Positions 25,061 through 38,929 of a stretch of DNA of 64,000 nucleotides are shown here, one piece after another. Origin of the DNA: Octopus sinensis (taxonomy: Eukaryota). The translations under genes and the position numbers were made by a program. How positions within the stretch are numbered: position 1 is the stretch's first letter; each line of letters begins with the position of its first letter. Where the stretch lies: NCBI RefSeq assembly GCF_006345805.1, contig NW_021832829.1, positions 558,001-622,000 of the forward strand. The letters run 5' to 3'. Under the pieces are notes generated by a model. It searched no databases, had not been told where the DNA came from, and was given only the letters and a program-made list of their open reading frames with translations.

Positions 25061-26019
25061 ACAATTGTTTAGTTAAGTTAAATTTTCAAGTTAATTTTTT
25101 ATGTTTGTAAGTTAATAAAGTTATTTTTTGGTTAAATTTTTTATTTTTAGCTTAAATAATTGATTTGAAGTTGAAAAATGAACTTCCATGCAAATTGAAT
25201 TTTTGGTGTTAAAAAAGAGGCGTTTCCTTTTTATGCCCCATGGAACCACTGAGGGTTGCATTTACCAATTCTCCTTATTTGTTTTATTACCTGACTTTCT
25301 TAGCCTGTAGCATTTTACTGTAGAATGAAAGCAGGTTTTTATAAATTCCTATCCATATGGCCATATGGCCATAAATAATTTACTTTAAATTATAAGTAAA
25401 CAAGCTAATCAATGACAGTTTAGTCTGCTCCAATATTAATTAATTCGTGAATCATTAGTCAATTCTACCAAATTCTCTTCAACATTTTCCCATTTTCAGT
25501 GACGTTTGATTCTGCTCAGATATTAGAATTAAGGTTTCTTATCTATATTCCCTGTTTGTGACAGCGTGCCTTCTATTCATGATCGACTGACCACTCAAGT
25601 CATGCATGTATAATTATAGGGAACAAACATTTGTTGCTTATTAAGTCCTTGATATCGTTTAAAACATTACATTAATGGAATTCTGGTGTGAAATAAGAAT
25701 TGTATATCCATTACTCAGTTCAATAGCATTAGAGAAGTTAATTCCATTTCACCAACATCTGTTGTGAAACGGCAATGTCACATCGTGCATATTAAAGTCA
25801 AATTATTGAAATCGTCTTAAAGTAGAAGATGATAAAGCCAAACATTGATATTTTAATCTCTAAAATGGAAGTACAAAAATGCCATTAGGCAGTTTAATTA
25901 CATATAAATTTTTATTAACAAGATTTGATTTGCCAGCCGCAAAAAGAAAACTTTAAGAAAGAACAAGGAAGTTAATCATTTCAAATTATTGAGTTCTTGT
26001 CTTTTAGGTTTTCTTTTTA

Positions 26020-26225
26020 GTTGTTGTGCGGTTAACAACGGTAGGGCGCTCATGATGTCCCATCCAAAAGTTCATTCATGTTTGGAATCTGTATGTGGTG
26101 AGATGTCATGACGGCGTCACTTGTCATAAAATTCACTCAGACCCAATCGGAGCTTCCTGCACAGGCAGCCGCTGGGAATCGAACCCTTGACCAATGAGAT
26201 TACTAGAAATTCTAGACCACCTTTT
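26020..26225 (-). mobile_element. tRNA-derived SINE-like repeat, copy 2
   Basis: Minus strand has an A-box-like TGGTCTAG and B-box GGTTCGATTCC. Body is similar to 905-1075. Confidence 0.6.
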
Positions 26226-26496
26226 ACTTATTAAGAACAAGAATGTTTTTTTAATTTTTAAAAGTCAAAAATAAATTTCTGACAGCAATAAAATATGAAG
26301 ATTTTGTCAACTTTTGCGAATCCGTTTTTGTAAAGGAAGTTTTAAAAAATTCATTTTAAAATGCATCTTTATGATAAGATTTATGTACTTGTGCATCTCA
26401 TGCATCACAAAATAGGGGTCTAAATAAAAAAAAATATAATTACTTCATTTAAAACCGTAGATTCACAAGTACCAAAATTTCTTTAAATAATTATTT

Positions 26497-26660
26497 TTGA
26501 GACTTCTGAGGTCTTTGGCCGCAAGTCGCTTTGTTTCCTACGCGGTTTGAGGAGAAGAATCGCCAAAAAAGGGACGACCCGAGACATCTTCAACCCCTCT
26601 CCATTGCCATAATCCGCGGCCACTGTTTCGCAATCCGTGAGGCTGGGAAGGCTCCCTAAA
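26497..26660 (+). mobile_element. CRE-like 3' fragment
   Basis: ETSEVFGRKSLCFLRGL ... LSIAIIRGHCFAI. Confidence 0.6.
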
Positions 26661-26857
26661 CTGCGTAGTCTTAAACAATCTTTCTCCTTTTCTAACTGTC
26701 TTTTCCAATAAAATCTATTACTCAAAAAAGATAAATAAAAACACTGAGATAAGTGAAATAAATGTCGAGATAACAATTAGTTGTTAAAAAAATTTTAATT
26801 TAATGAATCATTATATAAATTAATTTGACTTGGAATAATAAAATATTAATAGTCAGC

Positions 26858-27234
26858 ATGTCTCCTGTTGATCAAACTGTCAATGAATTAATAGCAAAGT
26901 TTAAGGTATCATTGGGGAAATATATTCCTCAGGTGATGGTATTCTCAAAATCACACTGTCCATTTTGCACTAAGGCCAAAAATGTCTTCCAGAACTATAT
27001 TGACGAAGAAGTCATTACTCCAGATGCATATAATGTCCTAGAAATGGAAAATCTTCCAAACTGTTCTGAAATGCAAGACTACTTGCAAACCCTGACTGGG
27101 GGACGGACTGTCTAACAAATTTTTGTAAACAAATTTAGGTCCCTCGAGTATTTATTAACGGCACTTTCATCGGAGGCTGGACCGAGCTGAACGCCTTGAA
27201 CGAAGGAACAAAATTATTCAATTTGTTATCTTAA
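26858..27234 (+). CDS. GLRX: Dithiol glutaredoxin (CPFC), 2 small introns
   Basis: VMVFSKSHCPFC, LTGGRT|VPRVFINGTFIGG. Introns 26906-26932 and 27110-27138. Confidence 0.92.
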
Positions 27235-27368
27235 TTTAATTGACTTTCTAACTAATCGTTAATTGTGGTAAATACTATTTTTCTCATTATTAAAAACACA
27301 TTAAAACCAACGTGTGTTCTGACACGTTCCTTAATTCTTAGTCTTTAAGAGATGCCATCTTAATTTAA

Positions 27369-27830
27369 TGTAACGCGCCATCTGTGTTACACATTTTATC
27401 TTGTTACATTTTTGACCTATATTTTTACCCATATTTCGACAATGATATCCGTTTTTGTCAAAAATGCTGCTTAAAAATTCAATACTAACTATCGAAGAGT
27501 ACAAAAATATTGTTTCTTATTTGGAAAGCAATACGATTGATGAAATTTTAACTAGAATGAAGAAGTCAAGATTTCTAAATAAGACAAAATGTTTTTTACT
27601 AGAAGACTCTAGGCTAATAACCAATGATGGAACAAAAAATTGTAATTGCTTAAGATGATTTGGAAACTATAAAGTCTGAATTTACATTTTAAAACGCATT
27701 ATGAAGTAAAAAAATGAAAGAATACTCTGACAACTATTTTTTAGTATTAAGAGATCAATTATCCAAAAAGTTTGTGATGAATATGTGGTCTGTGCTCAAA
27801 GTCAGACGTTAAAAGCACATATTTCTTTAA
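27369..27830 (+). mobile_element. Ginger-like (integrase-type) DNA transposon, 5' remnant
   Basis: Starts TGTAACGCGCC. Peptide EYKNIVSYLE...KKSRFLNKTKCF and KRSIIQKVCDEYVVCAQ (integrase Zn-binding-like). Related to the 45711 element. Confidence 0.5.
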
Positions 27831-27979
27831 TAAGCATACTCACATTTTCATATCTTAGAACTTTAGTACACAAAGAACTCTAACACTTTTTTCTAAATTG
27901 TTGATCTAATTAATTAGGACAATTAATGAAAATAAATCAACTAGCTACAACTAAAAGGTATTTGTCAAGAGCCTAAGGG

Positions 27980-29150
27980 TCAGATCTTTGACACCACAGT
28001 GTGTATAGAATGGCAGTTTCCGCAAAGCACAGTGACCAAGAATCGGTAAAAAAGCCAACTCATCTCCCTCTGGTTTTTTTTTGACGAGATCTTCGACCAT
28101 ACCAACGATAGGAGTGAGTCGCCGCTTTGTCGACGGTTCCAGAGGTTAGGTGTCAGAAATATCTGTACTTCATTCTCTTCTTTTCCTAACGGAACCAGGA
28201 CGAATTCACGCAAGTCGCATCCTAAATCAAGGACCTACTCTCTCTAAATGGGAAGGTAGTCATCCAGTCGGGACGCTTTCTGTCGCTCTCGCGAAGACCA
28301 ACTGGTTCCAACTTTAAAGGAAACCTGGCGAACTCGAAAGCCCTTTTAACGACCTTAATCAATTGAGTGTGGCAAGGAAATCTATCACCACTCTTTTTTC
28401 AGAATAGGGCATGCAAGCCGTTTGAAGAAATCGGGGCTGACAGATATCCAAGCTCAGGTGTAGACAGATGCGAAGAGATTCGTTTTCCAGGAGCAATCCC
28501 GCACTTGGAATGGGGAAAGTTTTGTGTCAGTCTTCGCTGTGTGGCTGGCAAGCACAGTTTAAAGAGGCTACCTAAAGTTGATCGAGTTTAGAACGAATTG
28601 ACTAAAATTTTCTTGCAGTGAATGTCATCCCAGCTCCGTTGGACTGACGGAGTCTCTGGAAAACTGGAGCCAAGTGTGTTTCAAATAAGGCAAGCAGAAG
28701 AGTGAGTATTCTAAGAACTCATTAAGTTCAAGAAAAAAATGAAGAACAGGGCAAACAGAATTCCTGGAAACTGACGAGAAAGATAGACAGAAATGCAAAG
28801 CCAGGTCGGCACAAGAGCGAGTTCTGATCCCTCAGAATCTCGTGAGAAGACTGGCCTTAACAAAACCGTCATCAGCGAACCTCCAGTATATGTGATATAT
28901 GAGGAAGTCGTGAATAAGATCATCAATTCTGAATAAGGAATCATCAGCAGTTAAACATGTTGATGAACGAAGGATGTAAGTAAGCCTTGAAATAAAAAGG
29001 AAATTCCTCACTAAGAAGAACGCTAAATCTGAATCAAGACCGCGGATTCGATAAGTTAACAACTTAATTTCGTCGCATTTTCTAGACAAGACTTTAACTA
29101 TGTCCCGCTCGGAAATTGCCGACTCCAGGATAACCAAATCATTGATCAAC
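27980..29150 (-). mobile_element. Degenerate CRE-like element
   Basis: FFLVRNFLFISRLTYILRSS, RKRP, REMSWLFYRFLVTVLCGNCHSI on the minus strand. Confidence 0.75.
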
Positions 29151-30369
29151 ATGAACCCCAGCCTTGTCTATGTTGTATCGAAGGAACCTGCTTTATCCCC
29201 AACTGATGATAAGGAGGGCGGACATGACTCAACACGTACAACTCTGTCAGTTTGGTGTGTCAGGTTCAGGGGACTTGGTCAAACTTAAGAATGGTAGAAA
29301 TCCATTCGATGACATGTAGGAATGTCTCTCCAACGGAGTCACTTCACTCCCTATTCTGACAAACGACCTCCGCACTAAGCCCCCTCAAAATCAAACTATT
29401 TTTCAGAATTTCGCAGTGTCCACACAGAAGGCATTGACTGCTTGTGGATTTAAGTAATGGACTTTTGTTTTTACCCAAATTTGACTGATTTTACTCTAAT
29501 CGATGAGATAAAAGTAGTTTGAGGTTACTTTTATGGGGCCGAGGATTGCCCACTTCTCGACTAGTTAGTTGGTGAAGCACTCACACTCGAATGTGGTGAG
29601 TCATGCCCTAACCTCCCCACTTGGACTTTGCAATACATGTGCAATTTAATGTTTAAAATTAATTTAAGGTCAACCACAAAGTGCCTCCTCATTAATTATT
29701 ATCAACAAACTATGACTCATCAGTGATGAGTCATCACATTTTGGTATGTTTTTGAAAGCCCATCGCAATGCACATTGATTGGTCATGGATGACTCATTAA
29801 TAATGTACCCTGGAGATGTCAATCTGTCTCAATTAGTAAGTCGACCACAAATGATATGCATTTACAGACCCCCAAATACTTTAAAAGAATTCATAATTAT
29901 ACTCCCGCATTTTCAAACTAGTCAAGTCGGTCAGACAAAATTCACATCCGTGTTGACGGTGTTTCAGGAAATGTCTGATTTGGTGAACATATTTTACCAT
30001 GTGTGATAAGGAAAATAAAGTTGTATACTATAACACAAAGATACGCACTTTTACGTGCTGAACTTTTATTTTTTGTTATATAAAGCTGTTTGGCTGAAAA
30101 AATTAATTGTCGGCAGGTGCCTGGAAGACGGCGCCGGCTGTCCAAACCTGAACACAGACAATAGTTTGGATGCAAAGGTGTGATTTTCCTTTAGTATCCC
30201 TGTTCCTAATATTTAGTCAAAGTTTAAACAAATTATGAATTCTAATTAACATAATGTTAATTTTTACATTGTACACTGTGTTCGTGCAGAATAAATCTAT
30301 TGCTAACCTACTCAGTCTGTCAAAAGCATACACTGAAAAGTAGACTACGGAAAATAATGGCAATTCCTT

Positions 30370-31586
30370 AACCTTCCTTAGAGAATGTGAAAACGAGTTT
30401 TTATCTAACTTAAAAGATGTGATGAAATTTCTAATGACTCAAGGCCGCCTACAAGGAAAATTCCAAACATCAAAGTCAAAAAGGACTTAATTGAGGAACT
30501 AAATTTGGTGATTAAAAAATATTGTCAAACATTCTCTTCACTATTTATTGATCAAATCTCAACAGTAATATACGCGGGACAATGTGCCTACCAAGAAATG
30601 ACAAAGAATGTGAGGACAACCAACGACTGGAAGGTCAATATGGTTAATCGGAGAAATTCAAATAAAGTCCGGGATCATACAGGGAGACCCTTTATCCCAC
30701 AGTTATTTACGCTTGTAATGGACCCATTGAGCCGATTTCTTTCTGCAAAGTATCTCAAAGTGAGTATCCATGAACCCAGAGCAGAATCGGAGATATATTC
30801 AACAAACCACCTATTATTCGTTGATGACCTAAAAATTTTGGCGGAAAAACAAGAAACGATATCTATGATGATAAATGACATCGACATGTTTTTTGCTGAT
30901 ATTGGCCTTGAAAGAAATCATGAAAAATCTGCCACCGATTGCACAACTCTTGCTAATAAAGAGACTATACTGGACGGAATTGACGGATACCAATATTTGG
31001 GAGTCTTGGTGTACACGAAGAGACACAATGAAGTCGTAAGATTCTTGCATCTCCACTTATGTCGCCTCTTTGGATTAAAATCAACAAAAAGGATAAAATC
31101 ACACGATGTGGTAGAAATCATAGTGGACACTACGATAAAAACAGAACTAAAGGTACAATTCAGTAAACCTGACATTTTTGTCTATGACAAAAAAGAAAAC
31201 ATGATAACAATCATTGAAGTAGGAATTACGTCGCAAGACAACTTGCGAATGGTAGAAATGGAAAAGCTTCACAAATACTACCTACCCCCAAGTGAGATCA
31301 GACTGTTACATCGTGCCAAAGTACAAATTGTACTAATTGTTTTGACGTGGGATGCAATTAAAAGCAAATTCTACCCGAAATATTGCCAATAACTGAAATT
31401 AAATCATACATACTGTCTGTTGTTCTCAGAGCAACCTACGAAAGCATGAACACAGGATACAAATTTGGGCTTACCAATAGCGTCGGAAAGGACACCACCG
31501 ATACATTGTGTGTCGATACTAGCGATTCCCGCACTCCCAGAGCTAATATGTCCCAGAGCGGGAACAAGAGACAGAAATTGGAATGA
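30370..31586 (+). mobile_element. Internally deleted R4/Dong-like retroelement
   Basis: NHLLFVDDLK, YTKRHNEVVR, KPDIFVYD, IEVGITS, VLTWD; homologous to 14577-17021. Confidence 0.85.
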
Positions 31587-32517
31587 CCAAATTACTAACA
31601 CTATACCTAAACTATCAAATAACTAAACTTAATAACTATGAAAAAAAATTAATTACATAATAACTATACAATGAAAAGCGGAAATTGGTTTCGATTTTCT
31701 TTGATTCATACTGACAAGTTTCGACAATTGGGACGAAGGTTGGACTTGTCAGAAGAACGCAATTAATGGAAATTATCCTAATTAATAACAGGAAAAAATG
31801 TTAATAAGTAATTTCGTAAACAACTCGACATTAATCCGCCAAGTATTCTAACATGTACGTTAAAAATAAATACTCAACTGAGTGGGATTATATTTTAAAA
31901 TCATTAAAACATTCGCTCTGTATTTATCAGATTTTAGATAACGTTTTAAAAACTCGAAAAATCAATAGGTATAATCGATTCTTAGTTTTTTCGAATCCCA
32001 GACATGCACAGTACTCAAATTGGGGGATTAACTACTGACTATATTAAAAGTATTCAAAGCGATCAAGAAATACTAGAGTGTGTTTGGTCATCCAGATTCC
32101 GTAGTATTCTCAGTTAGACTTCAACATTGGACTTGTCTTAACGCATAGAAAATCTATGTTTTTTCTTGATGCTGCTCTCTAATGTTTTTCGACGGTTTCT
32201 TTTTTTATTCGCAGGGAATTAAAGTTGTTTACTATTCCTTTCCTATAAAAACCACCATGAATAATTCTTATTTTATTTCAATAACTCATTTAAGTGAGGT
32301 ATAATAGGAGACAAAAGTAGTCGACACATGATCAATGATATAAAAAGCTGTGAGATCACTTAAAAAACTTAGAAAACCCCTAGAATTAATTTGTTCAAAT
32401 CCGCGGGAGGATGCCTGCTGTAAATAAAATAATCAAAAAGAAAAAAACTGATCAACTAAATAAACGGGCCTTCTACTCGGAGCCTACTCCAGTCAATTGG
32501 CTCACTAATGGAAAGGG

Positions 32518-32601
32518 TTACCGGCGACCTGTGTGAGCACCGGTATTTAACCGAAAGAATAGTTATAATCAGAGGCAATACTCTGGCTATCTGCCAATGA
32601 C
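32518..32601. repeat. ~85-nt conserved GC-rich repeat; second copy at 45181-45270
   Basis: TTACCGGCGACCyGTGTGAGCACCGGTATTTAAyCGAAAGAATA...TCAGAGGCAATACTCTGGCTATCTGCCAATGAC at both sites. Confidence 0.85.
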
Positions 32602-33575
32602 CAGTTTTCTCTAGTCCTTTTATTAATTGATAATAAATTAATTGATCAATTAGCAAAACACACAATGCGGTCATTCAAACCTATAAGTGGCTGAAACATC
32701 TGAAAGAAATTACAGAGATATAAAATAAAAGACATTAGACTGTTTTCTGGTTATCCCCTTTCAGGTAATTACAAAAAATATAGAAATCAAAACAGATATT
32801 AAAAGCGATTGTTTGGAATAAAACATTGACAAAAGATTTTTTCGAAACAAATCTCAAAAACATAAAATAACTCACATTTCGAATAATGTTATGGAAACAA
32901 CAAAAACTTATCACGTACTGTCACGGAAATGTTTTCGCAAAATGACGACAAAATTTCCTTAGAAAACAATGCTTGCTCTATAACTAAGGTCTCGAAAAAG
33001 TTTTAAACAAATTGCTGACCTTGCCTCACAATCTAGTTAATGTGATACAAACGAATCATTGTGATATATTGAAAATTTCATATTTTAGGTTTTAAAAAAG
33101 TGCATAAAATAAAAATATTGAAAGAACCATCAGAGAAAACATGAATAACTTTATTTGAGAATGTACTATGGCAATAACCTCATTTGTTTAAATATCACAC
33201 GAAAGAGAGATGGACTTTAAACATGTGAAATTTTCTTATATGCGATTAAAACCTGTAAATTAAAAAGATGAAAGCCACTTTAAGATGTTTAGATCCGACG
33301 GAAAGCGATATAGACAACTATGCTTATTGAAAAAACTTTGTCCACTTCAAAAACGTGTAATTTAACCAAAACAACATCAACTTTCGCTATCACCTGATCG
33401 AAACCTAATCGAAAACGTTTAGAAGAAAGTTTTATAAAATTAGAAAAAAGGAATGGATAAACTTAGTGTAATAATTGACTAAATAATTATCTCTCTGAAC
33501 AAAATGATTATTTCTAAATTAATGTATATTATAATTGGAAAAAAAATAAAAAGGAATAAAAGATAGCGGTGTGTT

Positions 33576-35716
33576 ATGGTGGAGGAGTTCAAAGCTTCGT
33601 TGCGAGACCTGACGGGGAACAGCAAGCCAATGATCCGATTCCTGACATGTCTGGCGGAAGACTACATAGAGGAAGCCCCAGAAATAGTGAAGGCGATAGA
33701 AGAAAGAATATCGTTGGTGTCAACGCGTGAGAAACTGTCCTTGTTGTACTTGATGGACTCGGTTATAAAGAGCACTGAGAATGGGACATATGCTAGTCTG
33801 TTCGCAGGGAATGTAGTGTGGACATTCCAAGCAGTGTTTAATGGGGTAAGGAGGGGAGTGATTTGTAGGCGGACGAAAGATTAAAGCAGGATTTGTTCAA
33901 ACTACGCAAGACGTGGATTGACGTGTTCCCCGAGGACGTGCTGTGGCGATTGGACGAGGAATTGAACAGGCAAGACGGAGCGTGGCCAGTGAACCGACCT
34001 GTGGAGGACAGACTACGGAAAATGGAGGCGGAACTGGCGGCGGCGAACAAATTGATAGCGAAACTGCAGGGAGAACTGGGGAAAGTGAGGCCATTCTTAT
34101 TGCCGAATCCGGGTAAACTGCCGGAGGAGGTGGAGAATGACCCTCGCTATGGTCAGTTGTATCAGAGTGAGGGAGATGAAGAATTGGTGATCAATGAAGT
34201 GTCCTTCCCACTCACAATCGGGTCCTCAAGGGTGGTAGACGTGGGGTCCATCCGCCGAGTTCATGTGGAGTGTGATCGGGCCGGGAGAGTGCTCGTCGAT
34301 GGACGCACAGTCTACAATATTGGCGAGCCTATTCGAGATGTCCAAATCCGCTCCACTCGCTGCAAAGTTTTTTTCCATGGAGCATTCCGTCCCCTGTGGA
34401 TTGACTCCTCCCTCGTGGAGGCCAGGGCAGACGCACCTCCCATGCAGTATGGCAGATGGGAGATCAGAGTGGACAGTCCAACTAATAATGTAATCATCGA
34501 CGGACAAGTCGTCGCTCAGTACGGTGGTTCTCCTGTCACCCTTCCTGATGGACACCAACTCAGATTCCGTCCACCTCCCAAAATGGTCATCATCGACGGC
34601 CGACACCACACTGTCGTATTCGATGAGCTTATTCCCTTCGTCTATGTCGCTCACCAGGCTAGAGCTGTCTCCTTCTTCCCCGGGTTCCGTGATCTCACAA
34701 TTGACCACACCACCTACACTCTCGACTTGACTAAGCCCACACAACTCGACATTGATGGGGTCACCAGGACTGTCTCCTTCGGTGGGCCTTGTCACGAGTT
34801 GATCATTGGCCACATGTTCTATGAAATTGGTTTTGGCGACCCTCCTAGAGTTGTCCATTTGTTCGGACTCCCTCACTCCATTGCCTTGTCTGGTCTCTTC
34901 TTTCTTGTATTCCAGGCCCTGTCCCACAGATCAAACTTCTCGCTGAGATCCCCGCCTTCACCTACCAATTCAAGGCCGGGAAGTACACACAATCACAACC
35001 CACCACTCTAGTTGATCTATTCTCCATATTGTAGGCTGACAATGAAGGGGCACTCATTAACCGACACATTCCGGTTTGTTTTTCCAATCAAATGTAGGGG
35101 CAACAGACAGCAAATGAGAGAAAGGTATTTTAAAGTGTTAATGACTTGTATTTTGATGAATAAATCTTTTGTTGTTTGATATGTGTGATAGGGGGACAGT
35201 CCGGTCGATCTCACTCTGGAGAGTCTATCGAGGTACTCCCACTTTGTATTGTCCTAGACCCCCTGATGCATTTGTGAGGACTCTCTACGACGGTGTGGCC
35301 TGTGGGTCATGTGCATTTCGCTTCAGGGACGGGCAGGCTGAGTTGTACAAGAGACACCTGGACAGACACTTTCGAGCTAACCAACTGGTGGAGAAGAGGA
35401 GTGCAGTGACCACATGTCGGGACCTATACAAGAAGCACGCTGTAGTGGTGTGGTGATTATTGGTAGGACTGGATTTGGGGTGTGGAGACCAGAAGTTGTA
35501 GTCCTGAGGCCGCAGTTGTTAGTGGATGTGAGGACGTACAGATTGGGTGTACAAGTCGATGTTGTGTGTGCAATGAGGGGTTGGAGGCACTATGGTGTGA
35601 GGAGGACGAGGGCTGGGTCCTCAAAGATGCCATCCGCGTGGGTGAATTGGTAGTTATCTTTTTTCGGATGTTCTTAGAACTACCACCGAAAGTGTTACGA
35701 TGGATATGTTATATGA
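33576..35716 (+). CDS. PCF11: Pre-mRNA cleavage/polyadenylation factor PCF11
   Basis: CID domain (DLTGNSKPMI..LT.LAE, KLSLLYLMDSVIK, LFKLRKTW, AWP) and C-terminal zinc fingers (LYDGVACGSCAFRF...HLDRHFRAN; CCVCNEG...W.EEDEGWVLKDAIR|NYHRKC). Small introns such as 33846-33868. Exon borders near 35.0-35.2 kb are less certain. Confidence 0.88.
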
Positions 35717-35879
35717 TTGTTTTTTTGAACTGTTACACTTTTAGACAATACTGATTAAATCTTGGCTATAGTAGTGTAGATGAGTTAGCACGTGAATAAA
35801 TAACTAGAATAGTGTGTTGATCCAAATCTATATACAAATCTTTATTGCAGATTTGAGTATCAAAAAAAGTTGAAAAAAT

Positions 35880-37050
35880 TATAGTACATCCAGCTCCTAT
35901 TTTTCAGTCTCTTACCGTCGGTAACTGTACTTCATAATGAAAATTTCTCTTTGGAATATGATAAGGGGAAGGTAGGAAATTCCCTTTCTACAACTGTCCA
36001 CAACAGCCCGGAGTACGTTTGATTTAAGTCTATTTATTACATTAAAAAATCTAAACATGTTTTATGGCAGCGTTCAGGAATCTCTAGTTATATTCGCCAT
36101 ATCTAGAATATTAATTTTATTTCTATCCATAATGTACATACCTCTATGATTCCCGTATTGGAGTATAATGGGACTCATCTCCTGAAACTCCGCCAACAGA
36201 TTTCTTCTAAATAATTCGATTTTCACTAATCCATCAAATTCTACAAAATTAAATAAACATAAATACTTTTAAACTACATGTTGTTTTGATCATGCAACGT
36301 TTCTCTGAAGTCAGCAGTCAATACTACCCCTTCTCGGAACCAGGCACAGACTATAGTTGTTCCGAATTTCTGTTAATTGAAAGTTATAAACAAATCTCCG
36401 TTACTCGCCACTTTAAAATGAATTGTTTTCTTTCTTTTTTAATAGAATATTACCTATTTTTTGATTCGTATCTAAAATTTGTATTTGATGCAATCGCGGA
36501 TGCGACCTATATTGTTAAAGGTTGGTTAATTTTATTGAACTTAAATAAAAATCTGTTCAATTTGTACATATATACACGGAACTTGTTTTCCGATAACTTG
36601 GTCAATTTTGTATTCCTCACAAAGTGGTTTTTATTTCAGAATTTTTAAACTCTGCCACTATCAGTAGGAGAATAAGTTTCCCCGGTTAACACAAAATGTG
36701 TCATCTACGATTCAGATACTCTCATTAGCTGATTTGGTAAGCAAATTGTAAATTTTAAAATAGAAACTATTAATTCGATTGTTAAGTACCCAGGAATAAC
36801 TGTCATTTTGTGTCGAATATCTTTTTAAATTAATAAGATCTACAATAGTGGAGGAGGCAAAAATATTTGTTATTAATGATCTATAGTTACAAGCGTTCGT
36901 TTTGACTAGAATTAATAAAATTAGTAATTTACCTGACAATAAACACACAGAAGAACGCTTAGAGTGTCGATAAACTATACCAGGGATGGCAAAGATTTTC
37001 AGCCGATGTACCAAAAATAAAAAATTTACAATTTTAGGTGTGGCCAGCAA
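35880..37050 (-). pseudogene. Degenerate spliced orphan gene(s)
   Basis: 27-nt GT-AG intron at 36906-36932 inside the 112-aa ORF. Downstream frames are broken by stops. PIILQYGNHRGMYIMDRNKINILD weakly resembles the 12960 protein. Confidence 0.3.
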
Positions 37051-37229
37051 AATTATTATTTAAAAAGCAGATTAAAAATTTAAAAAGGCGACTAAAACGG
37101 ATTGCATTTAAAGAATCATTTACTAAAATAATTATTTATCTTCTTCAAAAAAACCATTTATTTAGGTGAAAAGTGTAACCATTAATTTAATTAGATATTA
37201 TTTAAGATAGGTTCGTAACTTGATGTTTT

Positions 37230-38900
37230 AACTATTAAACATGCAGAACTAGATTCTTCATTTAATCAATTTCTCAAGCTTCCTTTGACAAAATTTATTT
37301 CTGAAAATCGAGATTCGCAGGCATACGTCGATTAAAAAATTGTTATTATCGCGATCTCTAATTTTTTAAACAGCAAAACATACCGTACCGTCAGTATTTC
37401 TTCTTGTGAGGTCTTTTAGATAATTGATCATTTTCAATTATTTCCAAAGTATTTCTCAAATCAACAAATTTTTGTTTCCAAATAGAACTGTAATGTAGAT
37501 TTATTATCTGCATTTCCAGATCTTCAAAATTATAGAATCTTAAAATTAAGTTTATCGAATGTAATTAAATCTGGATATATTATAAATTTTGATGTTTGGG
37601 AAAATAGTTTTAATTCAAAAAATCTCAAAGAAAATTCATGAATTACTGACTAAATTAACGATGAAAATTTTAGAATTTGTTTAGGTAGATCTATTTTTTT
37701 CATGGACAAGTAAATCTAATTTCAGGAATTTTTTTTGCATTTTTAAAATTGTTGGAAAGTACATCAAGGTTAAAAACAACCAATTTGGCCTCAAATGCCT
37801 AAATTGAATCAATCGTGTGATATAATAATTTATTACCACCTTGCAAATTTAAGTTCAATTCATTTAAATGGCACGTAAAATCTGCCAGAAATGTTAGTTT
37901 AAGGATCCATTCAAGGTCCATTAATTATGGATACTTATCAATTACCGTTTTACTCTGTAAAAATATTTGCACTTCATCAAAACACTGGAAAAATCGTTCA
38001 AAAACTTTTCCACGGCTCAACTATCTTACGTTGTTATACACAATTAATCCTTTTAGCAGATTATAAATATTTATAAAAACCCATATGTATCGAATTTACT
38101 TCATTAATAATGTCTGAAATTTTCTTTTATTTAAGGACCGAGCAGATATGAAGTTAATTATTTTTGTGGCAACGATTGTAATGTGTTCGAATGGCTCGAA
38201 TCCAGATTTTGCACATAAAACCTGAAGGCTGTAAAAAAACGAATAACCTGTTGATGAATGATGCAAAAAAGACCAAGAACTGGATGCTGTGTAAGTAAGC
38301 TGACAAAGCCATTATTCTTTCCAATCATAATGGGTGCAACATCCGTGGTTATTGATACTATTTTTACAACTGTGTTAAAAATATCGACTTCTTTATTAGT
38401 TGTTGCTAATGCTGGCAAACACGATAATTCTTCAATAATAATATTCACGACTCAATATCTGACAAAAATTGCTAGGCGCGACAATACAGCTATGTCAGTA
38501 CTTTGGTCAACACAAAGGGAAATGAAATTACAAGACTTAATATCTTTACTTTGTCGATGAGAGATATTTTCACTCATCACCAAAATTCTTTCCTTTACCG
38601 TGTTTCGTGAGAGGGGAATTATCCACGCTTCTTTTATATATTCACCATCCGAAAAAGGCTTCCCATGCTTCGCAATAACGTAGCTAGCACTGATTGAATC
38701 AAATTGACTGTTAACGAGTGTTCTGAGTGATTCTGATTATTGAGAGTTCTTTTTTAACTGAGATGCAATTGTTTCTCTTTGTTCATCCTTAGTTTTCTCA
38801 GATAATGATTTGCGAATAGTTCGAAAATGGCGTTTTATAGAAGATGTTCGGCAAGCAATTTGGCCGGAGCACAACACACATAAAGCTTTGTCTCCTAAAA
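37230..38900 (-). mobile_element. Degenerate hAT transposase (BED finger + DDE)
   Basis: CVLC...SSIKRHF, KPFSDGEYIK, PLSRNTVKERI, SLCVDQSTD, SITTDVAPIMIG, CIIHQQ, FLADFTCHLNELNLNLQG, STYACESRFS. Confidence 0.85.
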
Positions 38901-38929
38901 ATAAAATATTAACCTCTGTTTAGCAAATC

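Noticed and set aside
26165-26225. tRNA gene from the GGTTCGATTCC T-loop
   Set aside because: No cloverleaf can be formed; it is better explained as a SINE head shared with 905-1075.
34226-34927. 233-aa antisense ORF within PCF11
   Set aside because: Explained by the GC-rich codon usage of the sense exon; no independent evidence.
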